Source: the human T2T-CHM13v2.0 reference genome, Homo sapiens. Taken from it: a stretch of 64,000 bases of DNA. Below are positions 1-13,048 of this stretch, one piece after another. The first letter of the stretch is position 1; the number at the start of each line of letters is the position of its first letter. The notes under the pieces were generated by a model, which was not told the DNA's origin, ran no database searches, and saw nothing but the letters and a program-made list of their open reading frames with translations. Made by a program: the position numbers and the translations under genes. The stretch is from NCBI RefSeq assembly GCF_009914755.1, contig NC_060931.1; one strand, 5' to 3'.

Positions 1-400
1 AATTGTAAATATTTAACCATGTAGGTCTGTTTAGATATCTATTTCTCCTGTCCATTTTGTTAAGTCGTATTTAATAAAAGTATGGTCATATCTTCTATAT
101 GTTCATATGTATTGGCATAAAATTGTTTCTAATATGTTGATATAGTCTTATTTACTGTTATATTGCCTTGAAAATCTCCAGTGACGCCACCTTTTCCAGC
201 TCTGATACTCTTATATTTGTGCCTTCTCCCTTTTATTGATTAGTCTTATTAGATGTTATCAATTTTCAACAAACCACCTTTTTTGTTGATTTTAGTTGTC
301 AGAGACTCATTGTCTACTTCACTAATTTCTGCCCTTATTTTTCTTATTTCCTTTCTTGCGCATTGAGGTTGATTTTGCAGGTTTTTGTCATAACTTTTTG
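1..400 (-). mobile_element. Ancient LINE-1 (L1M) ORF2 fragment
   Basis: T-rich degenerate antisense L1 ORF2-like text (e.g. ctaatttctgcccttatttttcttatttcctttctt). Confidence 0.55.
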
Positions 401-457
401 AGACTTCTGGTTTAGCTATACCAAGTAAAGAGCGTGGAGGTTGTCACTCCCATTCTT

Positions 458-764
<307 letters not shown>

Positions 765-1809
765 CCCCATTCTTAACTCAAGAAAAAAATCGGACACACT
801 GGAAATCATTCACTTTTCCTGGACCCATCTAGAGTGAAGACCATGGGTGGCAAACTGCCACCCCAACATCTGGAGAGACAAGTGTATCTGGGGAGTCACA
901 GCTGAGATCTGCTTAGGTGAAGCAGAGGCCGTTAAAGTCAGAAACACTTAAATGATAATTTTGACTCATTGCTAGAGGCTGAGTGTGGACTAGTGTAATA
1001 GTGAAAATCTCTTGGGGGCCAAAGTCTTAGGGGGTGTCCTACACTGTCATTGGTTTTACCTCCAGAACTTCATCAGGTTCTCATAGCAAAGATCCAGGAA
1101 ACATTCTCTTCGTTGTGAATTATCCTCACATGCTTCTCCATCACAAGATAGTTCTCTGCAGGGGAGGGAATTTGCCAGAGCCTCATCCCATCTAAGAAAA
1201 GGGCATTCTTCCTTCAGCCTTCTTGCCTTACCTAAGGGGGCTGGGCTTCAGGGAAATAAACTAGAACATCATAGCCAGAGAAGGAAGTAAGGAGCAGAGG
1301 GAAAAAAGAAGCCTTACCACTAGAGAAGTACTTGTGAAAGTCATAGCTTTGAGACATACATCCACTAAAAGACTGAGATTTAATCATAAGATTATAGAAG
1401 GCTTCCCCTCCCTACACGTTACCACCCTACCAACAGGGCTGAGGTAGAATAACAGCAGACGGCAATTGTTAGGAGCTACAAGACACAGACTTTCTGAGGA
1501 AGAGTACTTTGGGAAGCCCAAAGTGCAAAGGGAATACAAAAACAAGGAAACTAAAGGAACTCAAAGGCTCTGGCACCTATAGTTACAGCAAGCATTAAAC
1601 ATAGCTCAGCTCCTAGCCAGATGAACACAAATCCCAAATCCACACACTGAAGGTCAGTTTACTCCAGATCCTATAACCCAATACAACATGTCTAGCTTTC
1701 CAAAGAAAATTATAAGGCATGACAAAAGGCAAGAAAAAATCACAGTGGCAGTGACAGGCATTCATTAGAACCAGACTCAGCTATGACACAGATGTTAGAA
1801 TTATCAGAC

Positions 1810-2115
1810 TTGGGGTGGGGTGGGAACAAGGAATTAGTCAAAGGACACAAAATTTTAGTTAGATAGGAGGAATAAATTCAAGAGCTTTATTGTACAACAT
1901 AGTGACTATAGTTAATAATATATTGCATTCTTGAAAAATGCTGAGAGTGGATGTAAAGTGTTCTCACCACAAAAATAATAACTATGTAACATAATGCATA
2001 TATGTTAATTAGCTAGATTTAGTCATTTCACAATGTATATATAATTTAAAACATCATGTTGTATGTGGTAGATACATTCAACTTTGTCTGTCAATTTTAA
2101 AGCTTTTTTTAAAAG
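1810..2115 (+). mobile_element. 5'-truncated L1MA (approx. L1MA7-9) 3' end inserted in the older L1M
   Basis: L1MA 3'UTR motifs (gataggaggaataaattcaagag...tgttctcaccacaaaa); TSD gaattatcag at 1798-1807 and 2116-2125. Confidence 0.8.
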
Positions 2116-2269
2116 GAATTATCAGGGAATTGAAAATTACAATTAATTTATGTTCAAGAACTTAATATATTCAGGACACTAATTTAAAAAAGTAGACAAT
2201 ATGTAAGAGGCTTAGTTATCACCCATTATACTTACTTCATTAAGAAGGTAAAAGTTTACTTACTTTTCT

Positions 2270-2738
2270 ATGTTTAGTAGTAGTTTAGGTGGTATTGGGA
2301 CTATCTAATCTTTAACATTTTGTGAAATTTTCTAGAGGAATCATCTGGGGTGGATGCTTTCTTTGTGAGGGCACTTTGAAAATGTCTCTGTTTCTTCTAA
2401 GGCATATGGGCTGTTTATATTTTTATTGCTACAAAGGTCACATAAAAATTATATTTTCCTAAAAAGTTATCCACATATATCTGGAAATATATATAGAAAG
2501 AGAGTTTTAATTTTCCTTTTGGCAACTTTAAAAGATATAGAAAAGTACAAAGAATAATATGACAAACACATATGTTCTCACCACCATAATTAGCAACTGC
2601 TAACAATTTTATATTTTCATTTTACACTTTAAAAATGTACACAGAGCATTGCACAGACCATAAGGGCAGAACTCAATAAATCATCTCAGCGTAAACACTC
2701 TTGTATAACCACCACCCAGATCAATAATTACAACATTA
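2270..2738 (-). mobile_element. L1ME-type fragments; the 3'UTR piece resumes at ~13049 after a 10-kb insertion
   Basis: ataaccaccacccagatcaataattacaacatta continues as aaacattactcaccatttc...ggtaactgctattctcacttct at 13041. Confidence 0.65.
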
Positions 2739-2740
2739 TA

Positions 2741-3124
2741 AGTTTTGGATTCAGTGGATTTGGAAGAGGAGGGAGCAGACAGAGAGCACCAAATGGGAGG
2801 GAATCGAATCTGGAAGGTCCCAAGTCTAGTGACATGGTGACATTGAAAAAAATTCTGTAAAGAAAGTTTCCCTCTCCACCACAAAAATGGCACCTCAGCT
2901 GTACTGGAATGGAGAGTGCTAGACTCTGAGGAGAACCCAGCAGCTCTCCTTGCCCCTGCCTAAAGGCTGACCAGACTGCATCAGTGAGGAAGTTACTTGT
3001 GATTTCATCTTATATACACAGGAGAGAAAGTGACAAAGGAAAAATTCTGATGGCAACTATATGATAGAAGCTATATAAAGGCAAGTGTCTGTATATTCTT
3101 TCAACTATATTTGAGCATACCCAG
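2741..3124 (+). other. Retrotransposed cellular 5'UTR fused to the L1 5' end; resembles GULP1 non-coding exons 1-2
   Basis: Non-L1 sequence inside the L1 insertion boundaries. CpG-decayed GC-rich block 2741-2988, then an AT-rich block ending ttcaactatatttgagcatacccag, which I recall as GULP1 5'UTR. Joined at AG| to L1 ATGG. The identity is recalled, not searched. Confidence 0.6.
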
Positions 3125-3204
3125 ATGGTGGGTTAGACACTTTTAGTGTGCCTCAGACATGTGGAAATAGCAAGATAGTGCATAAAGCTCAACATTTGAG
3201 CTTT

Positions 3205-5472
3205 TTATTTTTTGTGGGTACATAGTAGGTGTATATATATTGGGGGTACATGAGATATTTTGATACCGGCATAAAATGCAGAATAATCACATCAGGGTCA
3301 ATGGGGTATCCATCACCTCAAGCACTTATACTTTTTTGTGCTATAAAGAATCCAGTTATACTCTTTTAGTTATTTTTAAATGTACGATAAATTACTGTTG
3401 ACTGCAGTCACCCTGTTGTGCTATCAAATACTAGATCTTATTCATTCCAACGATATTCTTTTGCCTATTAACCATCCCCACTTACCCCAACCCCACCTTT
3501 CTCAGCCTCTAGTAACCATCATTCTACTCTCTATCTCCATCAATTCAATTGTTTGAATTTTGAGCTTCCACAAATAAATGAGGGCATGTGAAGTTTGCCT
3601 TTCTTTGCTTGGCTTATTTAACATAACATAATGTCTTCCATCCATGTTGCAAATAACAAAATCTCATTCCCTTTAATAGCTAAACAGTACTCCATTGTGT
3701 ATATGTACCACATTTTCTTTTTCCATTACTCTGTTTGGCTTTTTGTTTGTTTTTCAGACAGGATCTCACTCTGTCCCCTAGGCATGTTCATGGCTCACAG
3801 GAGCTTCAAACTTCCAGGCTCAAGCAATCCTCCTACATCAGCCTGCTGAGAAGCTAAAACCACAGACTCATGCCACCATGCCTGGCTAATTTTTTTAATT
3901 TTTAATTTTATTTTTAGAGATGGGGTCTCACTATGTTGCCCAGGCTAACTCCAAATACCTGGGCTCAAGCAATCTGCTCCCCTTGGCTTCCCAAAGTGCT
4001 GGGATTACAGAAGTGAGCCACTGTGCCTGGCCCATTTGTCTGTTGATGGACACTTAGGTTGTCTCCAAATCTTGGCTATTGTGAATAGTGCTGGAATTAA
4101 CATGGGAGTGCAGATATTTTTTAGATAGAAGATTTCCTTTCTTTTGGGTATATACCTAGGAGTGGGATTGCTGGATTGTATGGCAGCTCTGGGTCTCACC
4201 CAAAGCCTACTGTCATCACTGCCTGGCTACCACTTATGTTCACTCAAGGCCCAAGGGCTCTGCAGTCATCAGTGGCAAATCCAACCAAGCTTGTGTTCTT
4301 CCCCCTTCAGTGCAGTGAGTTGCTCTAGCCCCACTCAGGTTCAGAGATGCTGGTCTGGGAGCCAGGGCCTGGAGGGGGAAACCTTAAGAATCTAACTGGT
4401 GCTCTATTCTACTGTGGCTGAGCTAGCACCCAAGCTGCAAGACAAAGTATTTTTCCCTCTTTCCTCCCTTTTCCTCAAGCAGAGGAGTCTCTCCCCATGG
4501 CTACCACCACCCCAGGCTCACAGCAAGTACTGCCTGGCTACTGCTGATGTTCATTCAAGCCCCAAGGGCTCTTCAGTCTGCTTGTGGTGAATGCTGCCAG
4601 ACCTAGGTCTCTCCCTTCAGGGCAGTGGGCTCTGCTCTGGCCTAGGGCAAGTCCAGAAATGCCATCCAGGAGCCTAGGCCTAGAATTGAGAACCCCAGGA
4701 GCCAGAGGATTTGGGGTGCCCTACTCCACTGTGGCTGAATTTGTACCCCAGCTACAAGCAAAGTCCTCTTTACTTTCCCCTCTCCTCTATTCAAGCAGAG
4801 GGAAGGAGTCTCTCCCAGAGTTGTGAGCTAAGCTGCCCAGGGTTGGGAAAGGGGTGACAACAGTACTCCCTTGGCCACTCCAGCTGATATCTCACTAGGT
4901 TGTGTGCACCCAAATCCTCTGGCTTTGAGCCCAGCCCAACACAGCACCAACCAGGACTTAGCCAGGAATTGGAGTCCTCGTTGCCTAGACTGCCTTTGAA
5001 GTTTATTTAGGACCTCAGAGCACTTTAGCCCATGGTGGAAGGGCTTGCTGGAACTCGGGTTCTGACCACTAAAACAGGTGACTTGCCTCTGGGGTAAGGC
5101 AGATCTGAATGCTCCCTCGTGGGTGCTGGCTGAATTCTGCCCCATGTTGCTTTCCTCCGTGACAGAGAAATTTGAGTTGCAATGCAAAGTCCCACAGTCA
5201 CTGGGTTCTCCTTCCCCCAAGGGCACAAATTTTCTCTCCATACTATATAGCTGCTACCAGGTGATTAGGGAGGGGTGGATAGGCATTTCAAGAGTGTCTT
5301 TCCTACCCTCTCAGTGCATCTTTCCTTAATATGATGTTAAAACCAGGCACTGTGATTGCTCACCTGGTGTTTTGATTCTTATGAAGGTGCTTTTTTGTGT
5401 GCATAGCTGTTCAATTTGGTGTTCTTGTGGGAGGGATGATTGCTGGATGATTTGGTCATCTTGCTCCATCTA
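3205..5472 (-). mobile_element. Internally deleted L1MA (L1MA1-3-like): 3' end joined directly to the 5'UTR
   Basis: 3205-4187 is an antisense L1MA 3' end; 4188-5470 is an antisense L1M 5'UTR ending catcttgctccatc (= GATGGAGCAAGATG); TSD tgagcttt at 3197-3204 and 5492-5499. Confidence 0.8.
3736..4032 (-). mobile_element. AluJ
   Basis: Diverged dimer with J-type ggctcaagcaatcctcc; degenerate TSD cattactctgtt / catttgtctgtt. Confidence 0.9.
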
Positions 5473-6099
5473 CTCATTCCAAATCTCTCTGTGAGCTTTA
5501 ATTCAAGAAGGAATATGGGAATCCACCAGAATCATTAAGGACATCCCAGATCCCAGGGAGGAGTATGTGGGCAGTTAGCCCTGTGGTGGCATCTAGGTGA
5601 TAAAAGTGAGTGAAGCCTCAGTATGTGAGAGAGGCAGAGAGCCTCCCTCTGTGACTCACCATTCTATTGGAGATCCAAGCAACCCAGGCCTAGGGATAGC
5701 ACTTTGCTTCTCCCAAGCCCTTGAGGTAATTTGGGGAGAGTCTTGGAGATGCTGTGAGGGAAAGACACCGGGAAAAGCTGCAGGCATTTTCCCAGAACTG
5801 GGACCAAGAACATCATGCCAGTTTTAATCTGGGTGCATATAAAGTCAGTCATTCTTTGATGACCCAGAAGTGTGGCTCTGCAGGCATTTTATTCTCAAGC
5901 CAAAGACTAGAGGGCTTGCTCTTGAGGAGAGTAGGGACCTCCAAAGCCATAATTGTGGAAAGCACCTTAGCAGTATGGCTGGAATTGCACACTCTCCCTA
6001 ATTGCAAGCCTGGGACAGGAGGAGAGCTGCTACAGCTGTGGTTTCTTCTGGCTGAGGAGACTTGCAGCCGGGGCCAGCTTGACAACCTGGCACTGTTCT

Positions 6100-6970
6100 G
6101 CATGTGTCATTGCTGGGTGCCCCAGCCTGCTCCCCTGAAATTGTGGTGCAGGGGGGCCTCTCTGATCCACTCCTAGGCAGAACTCCAGGAATTTAGAGTA
6201 CATACTTTCCTGGACCAGAAGCCTCAGTCACCCCACCCTTTCTGTGAAGAGATCGGGGTAAAGCAGGCCCTCTCCACTCTATGCCTAGGCAGAACTCATG
6301 ACATTCAGAGCACCTGCTCACCCAGCACCAGTCACCCCACCCTTCCTGTGCAGACATTGGCATGTAGGGGGCACCTCTCAGCTGCACACCCAGGCAGATC
6401 TCCAGGCAGTAGGAGCACCTGCTCTCCTGGTTCAGCAGCCTGAGTCACCCACCCTTCCTGCACAACGAATATGGTGCAGCAGGGCCCTCTCCAGTCCACA
6501 TGCTGGTAGATCTCCAGTCATTTGGAGCACCTGCTTGCCCAGATTGGCATCCTGACTCACTCCAGCCTTCTTGTGCAGTGATCAGCATGCAAGGAGCCCT
6601 TCTCAATTGCACACTCAGGCAGATCTCTGTATAGTAGGAGCACCCACTTGCCTGGTCCAGCAGCCTAAGTCACCCCTACTTCCTGCACAAAGATCATGGT
6701 GCAGTAGGGCCCTCTCTGCGCCACATCCAGGCAGATCTCCAGGCAGTCAGAGCACTGAATAACCTTGATTAGCAGCCTGGGCTGCACCACCCTTCCTGTG
6801 TAGAGATTGTGGTGCAGTGGGTCCCTCGACAATCCGTGCCCAGGCTGATCTTTAGGATTCTGGAGCACCCACTTTCCTAGATTAGGAGTTTAGGTTGTAC
6901 CTCCTTCCTGTGTGGTGAACTTGGGGCCAAGGAGCTTTCCCAGCTCCATGCCAAGGCACACTTCTGGGTG
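6100..6970 (+). repeat. About 8 degenerate ~112-bp tandem units in the L1 5'UTR
   Basis: aggcagatctccagg-like core recurs near 6175, 6287, 6392, 6504, 6617, 6729, 6842, 6953. Confidence 0.8.
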
Positions 6971-8758
6971 CTTGGTGGCTATGCACTGAATTCTCCCTCA
7001 GAACTGGTGTTTGTGCCTGCCATCAAGGGACTTGTAGGTGGGCCTGCCCAGTCTGTCCTCAGCCATCTTTTCCCCTACCTTCCTGGGGCTGAGCAGGGAG
7101 CTCACACTACTGTGTACTCCACAGTTCAGTCCATTGCCTGAGGCAACAGAGAGCCTCTCCTGGTAAACCAAGATCAAGTATATACCCAGCCACATTGACT
7201 GCAGCCAGCTGTTACCTGTAAGAATCATCTACTGGCTTGTAGGTCAAACTGCACAGCTCAATATAAAATCTGCTGAAAGAAACACATAGGGCTATAGAAG
7301 TGAAGGCAAAAGACCTTGACCAACATTTTCTACATTCATATCCCCCAGGGAGAGGGGAAAAGGGAAAAGGAAAGAAGAAAACCCTCCACAATAATATAGG
7401 AAAGAAAGAAAAAGAAAATATCCTACCCACAAGAAAATAATTACAACAATTAGAAATGCCAGCATCTCCAGATGAGAAGAAATCAGCATAAAAATTCTGG
7501 CGCTATGAAATATATGAATATAGTTACAAGACCAAAGGATTACACTAGCTCTCCAGCAATGGTCCCTAACCAAAATAGAAACTTAGAAATGACAAATAAA
7601 AAATTCAAAACATGGATTGCAAAGAAGCTCAATGAGACCCGAGACCTGATTGAAAATCTACACAAAGAAACTTCTAAATGAATCCAGGAAATTAAGGAAG
7701 CAATAAACACCTTAAAAAGAAACCAACCAGAGCTTCTGGAATTGAAAAACTTGCATAAGAAATTTTAAAGCAAAATTAATAGCTTTATCAATAGACTAGA
7801 GCAAGCAGAAGAAAAAATTTCACTCCTTAAAGACTGGTCTTTTGAACTAACCAAGTCAGACAAAAATAAAAAGAAAGAATTAGGAAAAATGAAAAACGTC
7901 TTGAGAAATGTGGGATTATGTAAAGCAACAAAACCTACAAATTATTGACATTCCTGAGAGAGAAAGAGAAAAAATAAAACCTTGAAAACAAATTTAAGGG
8001 AATAATTCAAGAAAATTTCTCTAATCTTGCTCAAGAGGTAGACATCCAGATACCAGAAATCCAGAGAACACCTGCCAGATCTATACAAAATGAACATCTC
8101 CAAGGCATATAGTCACCAGAATGTCCAATGTCAACACTAAATAAAAATATCTTAAACGCAGCTGCAGAAAAAGGCCAGATCATGTACAAAGGGAGCCCCA
8201 TCAAGCTAACAGTGGACTTCTCAGCAGAAACCTTGCAAGCCAGGAGAGACTGGGGGCCCATTTTCAGCACTTTTAAAGAATGGGGATCCCAAGAATTTCA
8301 TATCCCACTGAAATAAGCTTCATAAGCAAAGGAGAAACAAAATCTTTTGCCAGACAAGCAAGTGCTAAGGAAATTTGTTACCAGTAGACTGGCCTTATAA
8401 GAGATCCTTAAGGTAGTACTAAATATGGAAACAAAAGCACAATATCTGCTACCACAAAAACACAATTAAGTACACAGCCCACAGACACTTTAAAGCAACC
8501 ACACAATAGAAATTACAAAACAACCAAGTAATAATTTCATGATAGGATCAAGACCTCACATTTCAATATTAGCCTTAAATGTAAGGCAAAAGATTGCACT
8601 TAAAGGCAAAGGGTTGCAAGTCAGACAAAAACAAGAGCCATTCATCTACTGTCTTTGAGAGACCCATCTCTCACACCCATAAGCTCAAAGTAAAGGGCTG
8701 GAGAAAGATGTAGCAAGCAAATGATAAACAAAAAAATATATAATGGGTCACTATTCTT

Positions 8759-9062
<304 letters not shown>

Positions 9063-11459
9063 AATGGGTCACTATTCTTATATCAGATGAAGCAGATTTT
9101 AAACCAATAACAGTAAATAGGACAAAGAAGGGCATTACATAATTAGAAAGGGTTCAATTCAACAAGAAGTCTTAACTATTCTAAATATATACATCCAACA
9201 TTAGAGCATGCAGATTCATAATATAACCACTTCTAGACCTATGAGAAGAGTTTTAAAAACCGCACAATAATAGCTGGAGATTTCAACACCCCATGAACAG
9301 TGTTAGACAGATCATTAAGGCAGAAAACAAATTCTGTACTTGAATTAGACACTTGACCAACCGGATCTAATAGCCATCTATAGAAAACACCATCAACCAC
9401 AGAATGTACATTCTTCTTGCCTGCACATGGAACATACTCCAAGATCAATAACATTCTCAGCCACAAAGCAAGTGTCAATAAATTTTTAAAAAATAGAACT
9501 CGTACCAACCATACTCTCAAACCAGAGTAGAGTAACAATAAAAATAGAAATCAATACTGAGATGATCTCCCAAAACCATACAATGACATGGAAATTAAAC
9601 AACTTGCTGCTGAATTACTTTGAGGTAAATAATGAAATTAAAGCAGAAATCAAAAGGTTCTTTGAAATAACTGAAAGGAGGGACACAGTGTACCAAAATC
9701 TCTGGGGTGCGTCAAAAGAAATGCTAGGAGGAAACTTTATAGCAATAAACACCTAGCTCAAAAAGTTAGGAAGAGCTCAAACAAATAATCTAATGTCACA
9801 TTTAGAAAAATCAGAAAAACAAGAACAAACTAACTTCAAAACTAGCAGAAGAAAATAAATAACTAAAATCAGAGCAGAACTGAATGAAACCGAGACCCCA
9901 AAATCCATACAAAGAATCCGTGAAACCAAAAGTTGGTTTTTTGAGAGGGTAAGCAAGATCCATAGACAACTAGCTAGATTAATAAAGAAAAAAGAGAGAA
10001 GATCCAAATTATCACAATCTGAAATGACAAAGGTGACATGACAACCAATGCCACAGAAATACAAAAGATTCTCAGAGACTATTTTGAACACCTCTATGTA
10101 TACAAACTAGAAAATCTAAAGGAAATAGATACATTCCTGGAAACGCAACCTCCGAAGATTGAATCAGGAAGAAATCAAAACCCTAAACAGATCAATGTCG
10201 AGTTCTGAAATTAAATCAGTAATAAAAAACTTAAACAAAAAAGCCTTGGACCAGATGGATTTACAGCCAAATTATATTAGACATACAAAGAAGAGCATAC
10301 AATCCTACTGAAGATATTTCAGAAAATTGAGGAAGAGGGACTCTTTCCTAACTCATTGTACAAAGCCTGCATTGCCCTGATACCAAAACCTGGCAAAGCC
10401 ACAACAAAAAAAAGATAGGCCAATATTCTTGATGAATATAGATGCAAAAAACCTCAAAAAAATGCTAGCAAACTGAATCCAGCAGCACATCGAAAAGTTA
10501 ATTCAGCATGATCAAATTGGCTTCATTCCAGAGATGCAAGGTTGATTCAATAAATGCAAATTAATAAATGTGATTTACCATGTAAACAAAATTAAAATTA
10601 AAATCCATATAGCCAGAGCAATCAGGCAAGAGAAAGACATGTAAGGTATCAAAATATGAAAAGAAGAAGTCAAACTATCTTTATTCACTGATTATACAAT
10701 TGTATACCTAGAAAACCCTAAAGACTCCAGCAAAAGGCTCCCAGAACTGATAAATAATTTTGGTAAAATTTCAGGATACAGTATCAATGTCCAAAAATCA
10801 GTAGCATTACTATACACCAATAACATTCAAGCTGAGAGCTAAATCAAGAATCAAGGACACAATCCCATTTACAGTAGCCACACACACACACAAACACACA
10901 CACACAATACCTAGGAATACATCTAATCAAGGAGGTGAAAGATTTCTGTAAGGATAACTATGAAACACTGCTGAAGGAAATCATAGATGACACAAAGAAA
11001 TGAAAAAACTTCCATGCTCATGGCTTGGAAGAATCAATACCATTAAAATGACCATACTGCCCAAAGCAATCTACAGATTCAATGCTATTCCTATCAAACT
11101 ATCAATGATGTTTTTCACAAAATTAGAAAAAACTATTCTAAAAATTATATGGAAATGAAAAAGAGCCCAAATAGCCAAAGCAACCGTAAGCAAAAAGAAC
11201 AAAGCTGGAGGCCTCACATTACCCATCTTCAAGCTATACTATAAGGCTACAGTAACCAAAACAGCATCGTACTAGTACAAACATAGACACAGGCCAATGA
11301 GACAGAATAGAGAATCCAGAAATAAAGTCACACACCTACTTCCACTGGATCTTTGACAGAGTCAACAAAAATAAGCAATGGTGAGAGGACCCTCTATTCA
11401 ATAATTGGTGCTGGAATAGCTGCCTAGCCATATACAGAATAATGAAACTGGGTCTCTAC

Positions 11460-11827
11460 TGATATGGTCAGGCTTTGTGTCCCCACCCAAATTCTCATCT
11501 TGAATTGTAACCCCAGGTGTTGAGGGAGAGACCTGCTGGGAGGTGACTGGATCATGAGGGTGGTTTCTCCCATGATATTCTTGTGATAGTGAGTGAGTTC
11601 TCACGTGATCTGATGGTTTTACAAGGGTCTCTTCTCCCTTCACTTCCTATACGTGCTCTCTCTTGCCTGATGCCATGTAAGACGTGCCTCTTCCCCTTCC
11701 ACCATAATTGTAAGTTTCCTGAGGCCTCCTCAGTCATACAGAACTGTGAATCAATTAAAACTCTTTTCTTCATAAATGATGCAGTCTCGGGAGGTATTTC
11801 ATAGCAGTGTGAGAAAGGACTAATACA
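11460..11827 (+). mobile_element. THE1-type (ERVL-MaLR) solo LTR inside L1 ORF2
   Basis: tgatatgg...tgtgtccccacccaaa start, ...ggactaataca end; the L1 reads through on both sides. Confidence 0.9.
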
Positions 11828-13048
11828 CCTGCCTTTCACCATATACAAAAATTAATTCAAGATGGATTAAAAATTTAAATATAAGATCTCAAACTATAAG
11901 AGTCCTAGAAGAAAACCTAGAAAACACCATTCTGGACATTGGCCATGGGAAATAATTTATGATTAAGTCCTCAAAAGCAATTGCAACAAAATCAAAAATT
12001 GACAAATGGTACCTAATTAAATTAAAGTTTCTGCACAACAACAGAAACTATCAACAGAGTAAACAAAATGGGAGAAAATATTTATAAACTATGTATCCAA
12101 CAAAGATCTAATATCCAGAGTCTACAAGGAACTTAAATAATTCAACAAACAAAAACCAAATAACCCCATTAAAAAGTGAACAAAAGACATTAGCAGATAC
12201 TTCTCAAACATAGGTATACACGCATCCAACAAACATATGAAAAATGCTCAACATAACTAATTATTAGAAAAATGAAAATCAAAACTATCTCACACCAATC
12301 AGAATGGCTATTATGAAAAAGTCAAAAAACAACCGATGCTGTTGAGGCTGCGGAGAAAAGGGAACACTTATACACTGCTGGTGTAAATGTAAATTAGTTT
12401 AGTTTTTGTGGAAAGCAGTATGGAGATTTCTTAAAGAGCTTAGAACTACCATTCGACCCAGAAATTCCATTACTGGGTATATACCCAAAGAATATACATT
12501 ATTCTACTAAAAACACATATGCACTCATAAGTTTATTGCAGCACTATTCACAGTAGCAAAGACATGGAAGCCATTTAGGTGCCCATCAATTGTTGATAGG
12601 ATAAAGAAAACCTGGTACATAAACATGATGGAATACTATGTAATCATAAAAGACAATAAAATCATATCCTTTGCAGCAACATGGATGAAGCTGGAGGCCA
12701 TTTTCCTAAGTGAATTAACAGAGGAACAGAAAACCAAATACCACATATTCTCATTTATAAGTGGAAACTAAACATTGGGTATTCATGGGCATAAAGATGG
12801 CAACAATAGACACTGGGAACAACTAGGGGGGAAGGGAGAGAGCGGCTAACCACTGGCTACTATGCTCATTACCTGGGTGATGGAATCATTTGTACCCCAA
12901 ACCTCAGCATCATGTAATATACCCATGTAACAAACCTGCACGTGTATCCCCTGAAACTAAAATAAAAGTTGGAATTCTAAAATATTAAAATTTTAAAAAA
13001 TTAAATACGTATTGTTTTTGGAAGAAAAAAGAAAGGAAGAAAACATTA

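Noticed and set aside
6100-6970. Regularly spaced repeats as a CRISPR-like or novel array
   Set aside because: Whole units are homologous with no unique spacers, and they lie inside an L1 5'UTR where tandem monomers are expected.
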